This document shows, in pieces, positions 37,069-50,899 of a stretch of DNA of 64,000 bases; positions within the stretch are counted from its first letter, which is position 1, and every line of letters starts with the position of its first letter. The translations under genes and the position numbers were made by a program. This DNA is from Cirrosporium novae-zelandiae (taxonomy: Eukaryota), in contig JAPETS010000047.1 in NCBI GenBank assembly GCA_026023565.1, positions 62,001 to 126,000 on the forward strand, written 5' to 3'. The notes below the pieces were generated by a model, which saw only the letters and a list, made by a program, of their open reading frames with translations, was not told where the DNA came from and did not search any database.

Positions 37069-38809
37069 ATGACCATCGGTAACATTTATGTTATTACGGC
37101 CATCGCCGTCGTTGGCGGTGGTCTCTTTGGTTTCGACATATCGTCCATGTCAGCCATGTAAGCTAGCTTGACCATTTTTTGCTTTGAGGTATACTGACCA
37201 CTTATCAGTCTCGGAACACATCAATACAAATGCTATTTCAACCAAGGTCCCAACTATCCTACAAAATCAGACCCAACCAATTGCTCAGGTCCTAAGGCTG
37301 ATGTTCAGGGTGGCATAACCGCGTCAATGCCCGGTGGCTCTTTTATCGGTGCTCTGGTCTCCGGATTTCTTTCCGATATCTTTGGCCGTAAAAAGTCCAT
37401 TCAGATCGGCGCAGTTATCTGGTGCATTGGCTCCATCATCATCTGCGCATCTCAAGATATTGCCATGTTGATTGTCGGACGTTTCATCAATGGACTATCA
37501 GTTGGAATTTGCTCCGCACAAGTTCCTGTTTATGTCTCCGAGCTAGCTCCACCAAGTAAACGAGGACGTGTTGTAGGAGCACAGCAGTGGGCCATTACCT
37601 GGGGAATCTTGATCATGTTTTACATTTCATATGGCTGCTCCTACATCAATGGAACCGCTGCCTTCCGCCTACCTTGGGGCTTACAGATGATCCCAGCCAT
37701 CTTTCTATTCCTTGGCTTATTCTTCCTCCCAGAATCACCTCGATGGCTTGCGCGAAACGATCGCTGGGAAGAATGCCATGACGTTCTCGCATTGGTCCAC
37801 GCCAAGGGAGATCGAAGCAACGTCTTCGTCCAAAGAGAATTACAAGAAATCAGAGAAATGTGTGAATTTGAACGAAACAACGCCGACGTGACCTACCTGG
37901 AGTTATTCAAACCAAAAATGCTCAACCGAACCCACATTGGCGTCTTCACACAAATCTGGTCCCAACTCACTGGCATGAACGTGATGATGTACTGTAAGTA
38001 TCCCTCTCCCCCCAACTCCCAACCAGCCAAACTAACACCTAACTCAAGACATAACCTACGTCTTCGGAATGACGGGCCTCACAGGAAGCACGAACCTAAT
38101 CGCCTCCTCGATCCAATACGTAATCAACGTTCTCATGACCATCTTCGCCCTAATCTTCATCGACCGCTGGGGCCGCCGCCTGCCCCTACTAGTCGGCAGC
38201 ACCTTCATGGCAATCTGGATGTACGCAAACGCCGGGCTAATGGCAACCTACGGCCACAAAGCGCCACCAGGAGGCGTGGACGGTGTCGCCGAAGAAAGCT
38301 GGCAAATAAGCGGCGCCCCAGGCCGCGCCGTCATCGCCTGCACCTACCTTTTCGTCGCCTCCTTCGCTCCAACCTGGGGTCCCGTATCCTGGATTTACCC
38401 ACCCGAACTCTACCCCCTACGCGTGCGCGGCAAAGCCGTCGCCCTCTGCACGTCCGCAAACTGGATCTTCAACTTCGCACTCTCCTACTTTGTCCCCCCC
38501 GCCTTCGTCAACATCCAATGGAAAACCTATATAATCTTCGGCGTATTTCTAACAGTCATGACTATCCATGTGTTTTTCTGCTTTCCGGAAACTTCGGGTA
38601 AGACGTTGGAAGAGGTGGAGACGCTGTTTGCTAAGGGTGTTCCGGCGTGGAGGACTAAGGTACAGTATGGACATATTGTGGCGGTTGAACATGGGGAGGT
38701 TAAGGAGGGGATGCTGGATGGTGGGTTTAGTCATGCGGAGGTTGCTGGGGAGGAGGGTGGAGTACCACCAGAAGAGAAGGGTGGGAAGGCACTGGGTCGT
38801 GAAGTGTAA
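37069..38809 (+). CDS. sugar porter (MFS), Hgt1-like high-affinity hexose transporter, 3 exons
   Basis: GGGLFGFDISSMS, DIFGRK, PESPRWL, QLTGMNVMMYY, DRWGRR and PETSGKTLEE. Two GT-AG introns. Confidence 0.93.
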
Positions 38810-39617
38810 AGTGTGAGGGTTTGTGTAACTAGTTCCATACACACACATATATAATTGAGATGGCAGCCAATAGCTGCTAGATCAATATCAATATCTCAAT
38901 ATCTATATCCTCTTAAAGAAATAAGATCACAGGTCCTCCCTCCCATCCATCGGCGGCCCACCACAAACCTATTTATTACTTCCACATAAACTCTATGTTA
39001 CTTTTATAGATAAACCAAACCCATAACCCCCCAATTTATCCACCAACTTTATGGTGAATTACTGAATGTATGTATGTATGTAATATTTTCCAATATCTAT
39101 TTTTTTTTAAATCGTTTCCCTAGTCTTAATCTTATAATTACTTTGGGTGTATTTTGGAAGTTCTGTGGTAAGTGTGTTCTGTGGGGGAATATTCATATCT
39201 ATATTTACATCCTTATCTATAGATTAATGAAGTAGATGGATGGACATTCTGCATTAGGTACTCTTTTTCTATTCGCTGATTATATGTTATGTTGATGTTT
39301 GCACTACTTGTGATATGCGATATTCATAAATGCGTTTGTATGTATATATGTATATATGTATATATTATGTATAGTAATCGTAGTGCCTCAGATACATATT
39401 CGCACATGGTCGTAAATAAAACATTACATTAGCCTTCTTCTTATAAGTAAATCACCCCTTTAGGATATAAAACGCCAAACCCGATGCTCTTTCCCCAATT
39501 CCCATCCATTTTAAAAAATCACGTTCAACGGATTAATAAAAATACCCCAACCCCGTAATCCCCACCCCTCCTTTTATTTTTATTTTTATTTTTTCCATCC
39601 AGAGAAACAAACCCCCT

Positions 39618-41888
39618 TCAAGGACGATAAGTCCCCCCAGCAGTCGGTCTCCTAACCAGGCCCTCCTCGGAAATAGTCAAGCACCTCTTTAATCCGCCCA
39701 TGCTACTTACCTCAAACTGTGTCGTAACTTCGCCGTACCTAACCTTCTTCCCCCCAACCTCAGCTAGCATCTGTCGCGCCGTGGCATTCGAATCCACATT
39801 GGCTAGCAACGGGGCTCCGAACGCCTTTGCGATCTCCACGGGGCTCATGCTCGTTTCCCGGCCGAGTTCCCACCAGCCCCAGTAGGTGGGCATGATGGCG
39901 ATAACGCCCAAAAGAGTGACTATGACGGCGAGAGCTATGTACGTATAATCCGACGAGTAACCTGTAAACATTTCATTGCCTTGGTACTCGGTAACCTGAG
40001 TTGAATTCTCGAGGGTGAGGTTGTCGGCGGCGGCGCGAAGGGCGGTTCGGAATGCGATCTGGCGCATCGCGTTGACCATGTCGTCCATGGGATCGCGCCA
40101 TGTCATGTTGTAGGCGTAGAAGGTGCTGAATTCGCCGTTGAGGTTTGGGTTTAGGTAGGAGTTGGATGTGGAGCCTTGGAAGTAGACGATCCAACCAACG
40201 GCTCCGCCGTATTGCATGTAGGCTGTTGAGGAAAAGAGGTTGTTGGCTGCCAGTTGGAAGCCTCCGATTATGGTTCCACCGCTGCCGTAGGGGGGTGCAT
40301 CGAGCATGCTAATGGGAAGGTGTTAGTGATTGATTAGAACAAAGTGTACAAAAGACATTCTGCCAAAGAGAAAAACTGTTTCTCTCAATAGGGTCTTGTC
40401 GTCATTGTAGCACATTTGGAAATAGGTATCAAGTCCCAACTTACGTGTCCTCGATGAATGTGTCATCGCGCCAGTCAGTCGATCGCAAAGAAACAGTGTC
40501 CCCTCTGATTACCACCGGATATGATACAACCCCGCCACGCAACACACAAAGGTGAGAAGCCAGACTTCCGTTCCAAAGCTGTGTAGGAGTAGACATGAAT
40601 GTGCTGTTGAGAGTAAGAGCAGTGTTGTTAGTTCCCGTAGGAGCTTTTCCCCACAGCGTCTTCAGACCAGCCTCAGTGTTAAAAGCCGTTGTATCACCCC
40701 GTAAGGTCACACTTTCGTTGGTGGTGATAGGATACATATCATAAGGAATACTGGTCATGCTACAATTTACTCCAAACCCAAAGCCCTACAGAAAAATAGC
40801 GTCAGTCTAGGCAAAACAGCAGTCTGGATATTGGATAATCTTACCTGGATAGATGCATTACAAGAATGTCCACAACCATGATTAGTTTTCAACTTCATAG
40901 CGGTGTTTTTAGTATATCCCTGAATCACGTCTGTGAAGTTGGGCATGAGAATGCTGGTGGAACTCGTCCGGCCAGTATCTAAACCAGTGTAGCCAAAGGG
41001 AAGTTGCTTTGCAATATGTACCTGGAATGTTCCATTGAAATAGTTGACGAAATTTTTAACCGAGGATGCTCGCTGTATGAATGGGTCACGAAGGACAGTG
41101 ACCAGATTCATGATGCAAGCTAAAGTTCACATCTTTATCAGTATCAGAATTGATACTTTTGGAGCCTCTCTCATAATGTTAAACCTACCGATACCGATAA
41201 TTTTTCCTTTAAAACGTGTCATTCCCCTAATTGCGGCGTAGACAGAGCTACCGGAATCCCAGTACTGATGCAACTCTTCTAGCTATATAATGTCAACACT
41301 TTGTTCCCTAATAATATTTCTCGTGACTCTTACAGTAGCGCCTCTTTTAGCCTTCGTCCAGAACGAAATCACCCCACCTTGGGCAAGAGCAAATCCAAGA
41401 AAGACACCAGAGGCCGATGATGCAATGGCAAGATATACCGTAGGTTGAAATGGGGTGGGCCATCCGTCAATTGGCACGTTGTCGCTTATTATCAGAATTC
41501 CAACGGACGCAAAGGTACACATTACCGTTCCCAATAGCGCTGCAATACCTAACAATGGGAAGCGCGTCCATAGGCCAGGTAGCCATGGATTAGTGTACCT
41601 GGACTCCGGATTGTTAATATCATTTGGAGGTTGTCCTGATAGGTATTGAGAATTCTGATTTTGACCAGAGCCAAAGGGCCTAAAGCTTTCGCTATATGAA
41701 GGTAGAGATGGTGAATTGTAGAGAGGAACGTTTTGATATATCTCGGGTGGCTCTTGCGCCGCTTGCTTTTTGTTTGCCTTGTCTTCGAAACTTGATGTGC
41801 GACATGGATCGGGTCGTTTGGGGTTGAGGTTGTTATCCATTTCAATGTTACTACTTGAATGGAGCGGGTGATAGGTGTTGAAAACCAT
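39618..41888 (-). CDS. multi-exon fungal membrane protein, DUF3176-like
   Basis: N-terminal TM pair with W-PTPFQPTVYLAI and a C-terminal TM followed by YWGWWELGR-TSMSPVEIAKAF-AP...VRYG. Four or more in-order minus-strand ORFs are separated by intron-sized gaps. The start could also be the downstream Met. Confidence 0.75.
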
Positions 41889-42675
41889 TAGTGACAGTCT
41901 TTATTAGTTCTTCTATGCTTCCAGGACATTTCAACTGATTATGTCTAATCATATATTTTCATCTGATAAACTTTTAATCCAAATTTCAGGAGATAGCCAT
42001 CTTTTAGAAGACGCTGAATACGAACGATCAACATTGAAGCTATTCTTAAGGCTGAAAATGCCGCCACAAGAGGTCAAGGACCAATTTCTCAACGGTGGGT
42101 CCATGATATCGTACTGGCTGACTTTTTACAGAAAGTAATTCTAGATACCAAATGCAGTATCAAGTCAACGGTAACTGTGGCTCAGGAGATGAGGCTAGTT
42201 GGGTTAATCCTTGTAAAGTGAGCTTCCATGGAGAAATGAGGAGAAGAGAGTTGAAGAGGAAACGCCAATTTGGGGTAAGCTTAACCAAAGCAAATCTCTG
42301 CTTAATTCCAAGGGAACCATGATACAGAAGGCCAACGTTTTATATTTGCCAATCTTTTGACTCCCTTATTACTTAATAGAGGAGGTAGGAACATGCCAAG
42401 GTCCAGCGTGTCCCATCCCGGTAAATGGCCCCTCTATTACGAGCCACTAAAGCAAAGGATGCAAACCTTATCTTTCAGCCCTGAGAGTGGGCACGTGACT
42501 ACGCAGGACTCACGTGGATTCTACTGACTCTTCTGTGGCGGTGCTCCCCGGACGTTGGAGTAATGACAACTTTTAATTTGCTTTACAACGAAACAACAGA
42601 CGCCAAAATCTATGAGTGAGGATTTTCTCCCATGTCTCCTATTCCCCTAAATACTACATTAATCACTTCCTCTCA

Positions 42676-43401
42676 TCAACACATCTCCATCATATCCTCC
42701 AGCGCAGACCTTTCATCCGAGGTCACTGTCAAGTTATAGGTATATTTAACACGGATAAACATTTTGGCATACGTGCACCAATAGGACTCTGGAAGCTATT
42801 AACGTCATGGATTCTCACTCGCAGGGAGACTATGCTAAAACAAATTGAAATTCATTCTTAACATACCCAAAGGTGGCTTCCATTCCTCTGGCCCCGAATC
42901 GCCTTTGGCCGAATTCACGTTGTCTGTTACCGCAATCAATTGTGGATGGTCCAAGTCGTTGGCAAAATCCTGCCTCGTGTCCGTCGTCCAATCGCTCGCG
43001 CCAGACTTCCATGCTAGGCTAAGCGGTACGACGTGATCGATATCGACATCAGAGGCAGCAGTCCATGTCTCCCCGTCATAGGGACTATACCAACTCCCAC
43101 TTTCCGCTGCGCAATTGGAACCGGTGACGACATTTTCGCCATCCCTTTTGAGAACCTCTTCTCGTGTGTTACAGCTACCGGATATAGTGATCCAATGCTT
43201 GAACTTGGAACGACTATAGCCATCTGATGATCCCCGTGTAGCCACGGTCAGGTCCTCAAGCTCCGAGTTGGCGATGCTGGTAGATGGAATATCAGGTGGC
43301 GTGCGAGTGTATAATTTATTGATGGGTATAATGACGGAACTTGTTGAGATCTCGGCAATCAAGAGGAGGCCAAAAATGCCATATCCAATGGAGGCTACCA
43401 T
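42676..43401 (-). CDS. secreted HNH-type nuclease (DUF1524 / GmrSD C-terminal-like), 2 exons
   Basis: Signal peptide, GYSR--F-HW, CNTRE-VL-RDG, DIDHVVPL, FAND, N-AKGD-GP-EW-PP. Exon 2 gives YWCTYAKMFI-VK-Y-L...ERSAL...C*. Confidence 0.88.
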
Positions 43402-44374
43402 ATTTGCAAGATTAGTTGGGCTCAAACAAAATGAGGTGAGTGATGGATTTCAAAGGATCAAGAAGCAACGCTGGCTCTGTTGGTATGAGAAACAGCCCCG
43501 ACGAGATAGCTGTTTCCATACTATATACTTTATGATTTTTCCTCGTATCATGGAGATTTTTTCATTTCTGCTGCATCGTCTTTCTGCTACCTTCCCATAT
43601 TCCACGCGGAGAATACTACCAGGAGAGCATTCCTCATCCGTAGCCAAGTATTTCTGGTCCAATATATGCTTATTATAGGGTTACCTGGTGTCCCCGATGC
43701 ACCTGATATAGAATAAATACGCTTGTTCCTTGGCTCTCGTCTTGGCACGTCCTAATTCTGCAGGTACGGCGGTTCCTTATCAGCAAGCCACTCACTCCAC
43801 ATGTGACAATTATTCGAGGGTATTGGAGATATTTTTGTCAACGTTCGCCAATCTTCTCTCAAGTCGATGACTTTCCGCGGTATGAATAAACACGAGTGGA
43901 TTATTAATCGGGGCTACTGTTGCCAAGGATGAAGCAGTGCGTATGGACATATAACTGGCCAGTGATGTTTCCGGAACCGTGCATGCTTCAGAGTACCTGG
44001 ATATTAGTGCAATTAATAACAAATACAACATATAGCCAAAGTATTTCTTCAATCATTCCAAAAGTCCATGTCAACTACTTCCAGCCTGGGCATAAGTTGC
44101 GGATCCAAGATAGTGTTAGTATATCTTCAAACGAAATAAGGTAGAGCTGAATCATCGGACATTAATCCTCAGAATCTATTTGATTGTGCTCAACCTATGG
44201 AAAAATCATCGTTTCTAACGCACAATTCAGGCATGTCTGGACACTATGACAATATTCCGTCCACAAAATCCGGAATATGCCTTTGAGCAATCTCAAAGAT
44301 ACCCATAAAAGAACACTTTCCAAAGGAGTCTTATCATGTACCATTTCTCGCATCCTCCCACCCCCAGATCCTCA

Positions 44375-45281
44375 TCACTGGACCTTAACTTTCATCTTTG
44401 CTCCATCCCTCTTCTCCCATTTTCTCCAGACTAGCATGGTAGTAGCAAGCTGTCTTTCACAGTATTTCACGAACTTGGCTTCACGTGGATCGTACTCGGG
44501 CTTGTCCCAATTAGCCAGTTCTGGCCAACCCCAATCGAATCTGCTAATTCCGTACATGATTGCGTATTCTGGGATCCAGGCCCCGGAATCGTCGATCTCG
44601 AGTCTGACTTGCAGGTCGAACTCTAGCATCTCGTCCATGCCCATCTCTATCTCTCTGAAGAGGCCCACCTAGTATAATGTGGTTAGATTGAGTCGTTAGA
44701 GGTGGGACACATGATGTTCTCAATAAGCCAAGCTCAGCGGATACGGATCGAGTTGCCCAGAGGCCTCTGACATCATTTACATCTAGACCATGATATGGCT
44801 AACAGTTGACTACTATGTTTATCACAATCTAACATAGAGGCTTCCAGGCAATAAGAACCGGCTGGGCGTGGCTTATCTTGACAGAGTATGGGCACCAGGA
44901 GGGAAAACTCACCAGAACCTTTCTCCCCTTTCGCAAAATCATAGTATGCATAACGGTATCATCTTCCTCCTTCCTCATCCACTCAAAACTCGGCTGAGTG
45001 AAATCGAAAAACATGCACAGTGCCTCTGGTCTCCAGTTATAAAGCACAGTTGCCACGGCATCGGCAAGACGAAGATTGGCTCGCTGAACTCGTTCGTTGA
45101 AGTGGGTGCAGTCAATGAGGTGAGGGTGACCGACCGGGGCATCAACAGGGAGTTCTTTACAGGTATCCAGATACTTTAGATGTCTGGTTGCGAGACCCTC
45201 TTCGTAGCCTTCAGCCTCGGGGTCTTCCTGTTCAGGGCCTTTGCTAGCTTCCCGATGGTGAGGTTTCAAGGGAACTTTCAT
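44375..45281 (-). CDS. hypothetical ~220-aa protein, 2 exons
   Basis: Exons 45281-44913 (GTGAGT donor) and 44668-44375 (CTAAC...TAG acceptor) join in phase 0. No recognised domain. Confidence 0.6.
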
Positions 45282-47100
45282 GGCGATGATGAGGTTGCTG
45301 AAGCACGCAGAGAGGTTAGCACTGGCACGACTATTTTCTCTCAGTTATCAAGATGATGGAATCAGGAATTACTTACTGGACCTAAGATAGGAAACATGAA
45401 CTGGAAGTTTCTGGCCTGGCCGTTTCTGAAGATGAAGTTGGAAAGGTAGAAACGAAGCTCCATTTTGAAATATATATTTTTATATGCTTGAGATGGTGCA
45501 TTGGTAGTAATTCACTATGATGAGAACCAGACCAAGTGAGTGTTGACTCAAAACAACACAGCACAGACTAACAGAAATCCCTTCTCTCCATAAAATTCTC
45601 AACAGAAGAAATGTCCAATGTTAGACTGACCCACAATTCCATTGCCCATTACAAGCTCAACCGCTAGATATTCCGTCTACTACTTGTATTCCATACCTAG
45701 CCACAGACAGACTACCCTGTGGTAGGTAAGTATCATGAAATTGATCTCTTGGTAAGAGGATATCCCAAAGCAACCTCAAGTATTTATTTGTTTTATTAAC
45801 CAAAAGTCCAACAATAACAACAATAGCTAACCCCCCCCCCATCAATCAACAATAAATACAAACATCACAATCACACACACAACACTTAAACCTAACTTTT
45901 CATGAAAAAAAAATACCTTATTCACCCGTAATCTGAACAAGGGGAAGGGAATGATGAACCAGACCTTGATTAATTACCCAAGGCCTGTTTGGTCTATCAC
46001 CTGTATATGATATTAGAATACTTGGGATATTAAAGTATTACTGATTAAATTATAGACAGACTATGTTTTGACTTCGTTTTAGGGGTGAGGCTATACCTAT
46101 AGTCTCAAGGTTTGTTTGTTGATTTCCTCTCCAGGACATCTGCATCTTCTCTGCCACACGATACCATTACGACTACCGATGTCAAAGCAGCAATTGCTCG
46201 GGGAGTTTGTTCCTTACGCTCCCTATACCTCTACTACAAAATCGAGGTAAACCAACAGAAGGACATTCAGCACAGACATCCTAGATGTGGTAAAGATGCT
46301 GGAAGTTGAAATTAAGTTGATGGGTGATTCCCCAATTACTTAAATTTGACCTCGAGTTCCATACATAGTAGCTAGATTCCCCACATGATAGGGCTGCTCT
46401 CTCCTTACTGAAGAATTAATATGAGATGAAAGTCAACAATGGTGGTGATAGTGGCGGGGTTAGCTCCTCTCAACGTCAGAGGCAGGTGGGCAATTTGCTT
46501 ACCTAAGGTGGGTGGGTCAAATAACTTCTTATCCTTAAATTACGTCATTGCCAACTTATCTGCACAAAAACATCATATCACAGTACGTGGTACCACCACA
46601 GGACACTAACACCACAAGAAAAAACAAAAAACAAGAAAAATGGTTTTGGGTTAATTTAATTTCTGCAGCTAGATATTTGCGCCCCTTTTGGAACTTTACA
46701 GCTGTAACTTTTTAGCTGTAACTAGGTTAATAACCCGCCTATCTCTATCTGCCGTACCTCTCTCATTCATTCATCTAACCTACATCTTTGCATTTGCATT
46801 TATATTTACAGCACTTGTATACAAGTATAACAATCGGCTTCCCTGACAGACAGACAAACAAACAAACGAATGGTCCTAGACTATTTGTTGTTTTTGTTGT
46901 TTCTCTCTCTCTCTCTATGTGCTATTTGAAGTAGGAGGGTTTATTGGATTCTACTACTACAGTGGACGGACAGACAGACAGACAGAGAGGCAGACATAGG
47001 AGGAAGGAACCCAATTGATAGTTTGCGTATCCTCCTCCTCCAACGCCTTCACCACCACCACCACCACCACCACAGCAACTACAACACCGACAACCAAAAA

Positions 47101-47540
47101 ATGCTCAAACGCCTAACAATAACCCTAATAAACATCTTCTGTACCCCTCCCCCCTCCCTCCAATCCCACCCTCACTAACCCCCTCATTAGTCCCCCCCCT
47201 CTCCGTCTTCCTCCTAACCGGTCTCGGCACCGACCTCTTCATAAACTGCGTCCTCTTCCTCCTCGCGATAATCCCCTCACACATACACGGCTTCTACATC
47301 AGCCTCACATATTTCAATCGGAAACGAAAGGTCAGGAAGGGGAGGTATCCGGGCGATTGGAGGAGCGGGATTTATAGTCAGAGAGTTCAGTATGGGGGGG
47401 CTAGTGGGGCGGAGGTTAGGAGGCTGAGGGATGGGGATGGGAGTGGAGAGAAGAGAGGGAGGAGAAGGGGGGGTGGGGGGAGGAGTAGTGAGGGTATGGA
47501 TAAGAGTAAGAGGGATTGGGGGTTTGGGCCTGCGGAATGA
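47101..47540 (+). CDS. Pmp3/UPF0057-family small membrane protein (129 aa)
   Basis: Absent from the ORF track. Exons 47101-47140 and 47191-47540 give MLKRLTITLINIFFPPLSVFLLTGLGTDLFINCVLFLLAIIPSHIHGFY, matching the Pmp3 PPL-V...IN--L-LL--IP--IH--Y pattern. Confidence 0.85.
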
Positions 47541-48822
47541 GTGAGTGAACGGGTGTTGGAGGAGGGCCGCAGGATGTGTGTGTGGATACAGGGATATACG
47601 ATTTAAGAGGATAAGATAAACCATTGTTATGATATATGCCTTACAAAATCAACCCATCGCATACGACAACGACAACGATTCTCACGAAAATGAAAAATAA
47701 AAATCGAAATAGGAAATGAAAATGCGCCTGCAATAAACCATACATACATACATATGGACGTTGTGCTACTGAAACTCCCTTCCTTCACCCCCCTCACTCA
47801 ACTTACTCTCTCTCTCTCTCTCTCAGCGACCCAAACCTAAACCTAAATCGAATCAATTGAATCAATTGGGCTATCAACTCATTCCAGGTCACGCTTTACA
47901 CTTGAAAAAGTTATCTTTTCAAAAAAAAAAAAAAATAAGAAAGCCCGAGATATAGGTTGCATGTTATATGTATCGAGGCCCTATACTATACTATATATGC
48001 GGCATTGGCAGCGGCAGGGATGGCGGTGGGACTTTGTGGTGGTTAACTTTTATTGTTGGATTTGGGGGAAAGGCCTTTTGGAGAGAGAGAGAGAGAGCGG
48101 GGTGAAGGGTTTTTTGTGGTTAAAGGGTTGAGGGTATTTGATTTGATGGAGGAGAGATTGGGAGAGGAGAGGAGTTGAGGGACGTGGATGGGGATGTTGG
48201 TGGTGGTATTGGCATGTATGTATATATGTAGAAGTATAGGACGGGAGTTGGAGGTATTTTTATTGTATGGATGATATGAGAATATTGATATAAATTTATA
48301 TATATATATATATAAAATAAAGCTCAACTGATGATTGTGGCGAGGGGATCCCTTGTTGTTGTTGTTGTTGTTGCTTGTTGTTGTATCATCAAATTTACTT
48401 TCACTCTGATTTCCGTTTCCATTCTCTTCATAAGAGAGTACTATGCATTTATTTCACCTTAAGACCCACAGTACTTGGTTTTTTATATCATATAAGGGGA
48501 GCAGATTCATTGGATGGGAATCGGATACGTAAGACTAAGCTCCGCGGAGATTCACGTCCTTGTCTACGCGTCACACGCTTGAATATTCGTTCTAATAAGT
48601 AAGCAAAAAAGAGGTTAATGACTCATTCCTTCCTTCCGATGGCGGACATAAAAACCCCAGCTATCTGTCCCTACAATAATATATAAGATATAGTTTACCC
48701 ATTGACTTGTTAGCTAGCTTTTTATGATCTACAATAATACTATTCTCTCTATTCTCTCTATTCCCATAATATCCAGGTTTTAAAGGTATAGTTCTCATAA
48801 ATCATAAAAGCCGAGCAACAAA

Positions 48823-49773
48823 ATGGCCTTCCCCTCCCCCGTCCGGGCGCCCCAGCACGTCCTGGACCTCCTCCACCAGCTTCACCAACAGTCAGTTGAG
48901 CAAGAAGCGGCTATAAACCCCACCAAGGGCAAGTTCGTCTCCACAGACAATCTAGGCGACTCCGAAGACAAGCGGCCAGCCTTTGCGCGACCCGGCTTCG
49001 ACGACCTGATGCGCGACAAGTTCATCGCGCTCGACGAGGATAAGTGCCACTTCATATACCAGCTTATCGGCGCCACGGGGGCCACAAATGTCGTGGAGGC
49101 CGGCACCAGCTTTGGCGTGAGTACCATCTATTTGGCGCTGGCGGTGGCGCAGAATAATGCTGTGTTGGGGAAGCAAGGAAAGGTGTTTGCGACGGAGAAA
49201 GAGCCTGAGAAGGCGGCCAAAGCGAGAGAGTACTGGAGACAATGTGGGGAGAAGGTGGAGGAGGTGATTGATTTGCGGGTGGGGGATCTGCTGGAGACAC
49301 TGAAGTCGGATTTGCCGGAGATTGATCTTCTATTGCTCGATAGTAAGCATGCATTTGTCCTTTATTTTTTTCTTTATCTCGAGCCAATTGAAATCTTATT
49401 ATTTCAGTTGCTGCAATCTTGATGATGGTGATGATGATAATGATAATGATGATGCTCAATTATTCAAACTCAGCAATCGTCTAGATTCCAAGATAGCTAC
49501 GTTGAAGCCATATTTTTTTTCCCACTCCATTCCCCAACGACAAGAACTGACGTGGAATACGATGATTTAGTTTGGACACCTCTTGCCTTGCCTACCCTCA
49601 AGATAGTCCAGCAGAGGATGCGACGTGGCGCTGTTGTGCTCGTAGACAACACTATTTCCGGTGCTGCAGGCTACAAGGACTTGCTGGACTATCTTAATGC
49701 TCCTGGCAGCGGGTTCCAGAATATGACTGTTCCGTTCAGTAATGGGTTTGAGATGAGCGTTTACCTCCCTTGA
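48823..49773 (+). CDS. class I SAM-dependent O-methyltransferase, 2 exons
   Basis: VVEAGTSFGVSTIYLA, GDLLETL, and LLLDIW...VLVDN formed across intron 49343-49570. Confidence 0.9.
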
Positions 49774-49993
49774 GAATGAATGGGTTGGTTATATGATGGG
49801 GGACGTGGTAATAGGCATAGCAATTATTATATCGCGGCAGAGTAAGACCAAAACCCTTACTAACTTCCTATCAACTAGGCTGCCTAGGAATCTGGGGATA
49901 TGGGATACCTGAGGCCTGTTTATATAAGACTTTTCTGTTAGCTAGAATATCAATTAAAAAATATTTCCAAACTGTTTGTGATGTTTGTTTGTG

Positions 49994-50120
49994 CAAAGAC
50001 CGGTCTGACTGGTCGAGGGTGGTTCGCATGTTTGAAGAGGTGCATTCGCTTAATTTGCTAATCTCGTGAATGCACCTTCAAATATGCGAAACCACCCTCG
50101 ACTAGTCAAACTGATCTTTG
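49994..50120. repeat. ~55-bp imperfect inverted repeat with ~16-nt loop
   Basis: Left arm CAAAGACCGGTCTGACTGGTCGAGGGTGGTTCGCATGTTTGAAGAGGTGCATTCGC versus reverse complement of right arm CAAAGATCAGTTTGACTAGTCGAGGGTGGTTTCGCATATTTGAAGGTGCATTCAC. Confidence 0.9.
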
Positions 50121-50261
50121 ATACTTTGGAGCAGCTCTGTATTTTGAAACAAATCCCAGACTAGGCTTAAGATTTTCTGGGTATATTGGCTGCTCTTACT
50201 AAACCATGTTTTAACTATCAAGTGTATCCGTTGATCATCTTCGTTATCCATCTTCCACTCT

Positions 50262-50899
50262 CTACGGAACCAATTCGACCTTATCAAGCATGCTCCACGT
50301 TGGCACCTTCTTCGGATCATACCCTCCTTGTCCATCGAACCGGTGTTCTCTCTTCTTCTTGTTAGAATACCACATGGCAGTATCGCGCACGATATCCCAA
50401 TCAGTCGCAGACGTCCCCAAAGCTTTTTCATCCTGCGTAAGCCGATCCAAGGCTTCCTTTATCCATTCAACACAGTTCCAATGATCGTAACCAGGCTGGC
50501 CAGCGCGGACTGGAGTCGCTTCCAAGACCGATTTGAGTCGCTTCATATTTTTGACTTTGCCGATTAAGATTCGGACGAGGAGCATAGCTGTTGGCTCAAG
50601 CGTGATTTTGCGCTCTTCATATTCCCACGTTGATTGCAATGACTGCGCGTCTAATGACATTCTGTTTCTAACATCGAAACGCGTGCCTCTCTCGCCTTCG
50701 TCAGGCTCGATTTTGGGGCCAACAATAAAGGCCCAGTGATACCTGTGAAGGTTTAGAAAACCTTTCGATGATGGATGGTCTGTCTCCTATCCCCTTAGGC
50801 CATGAGCGTTTTAACTTACGTATCTTCTAGACCTGGCATTTTTGGTGCCCCGCCACGGGCATGAAGGGCAATGTAGAGACGATCTTTATTAGAATTCAT
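50262..50899 (-). CDS. conserved fungal hypothetical protein (DUF6914-like), 2 exons
   Basis: MNSNKDRLYIALHARGG...YHWAFIVGPK...LLVRILIGK...WNCVEWIKEAL...VPTW. The His and WNC-Cys motifs are typical of this family. Confidence 0.78.
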
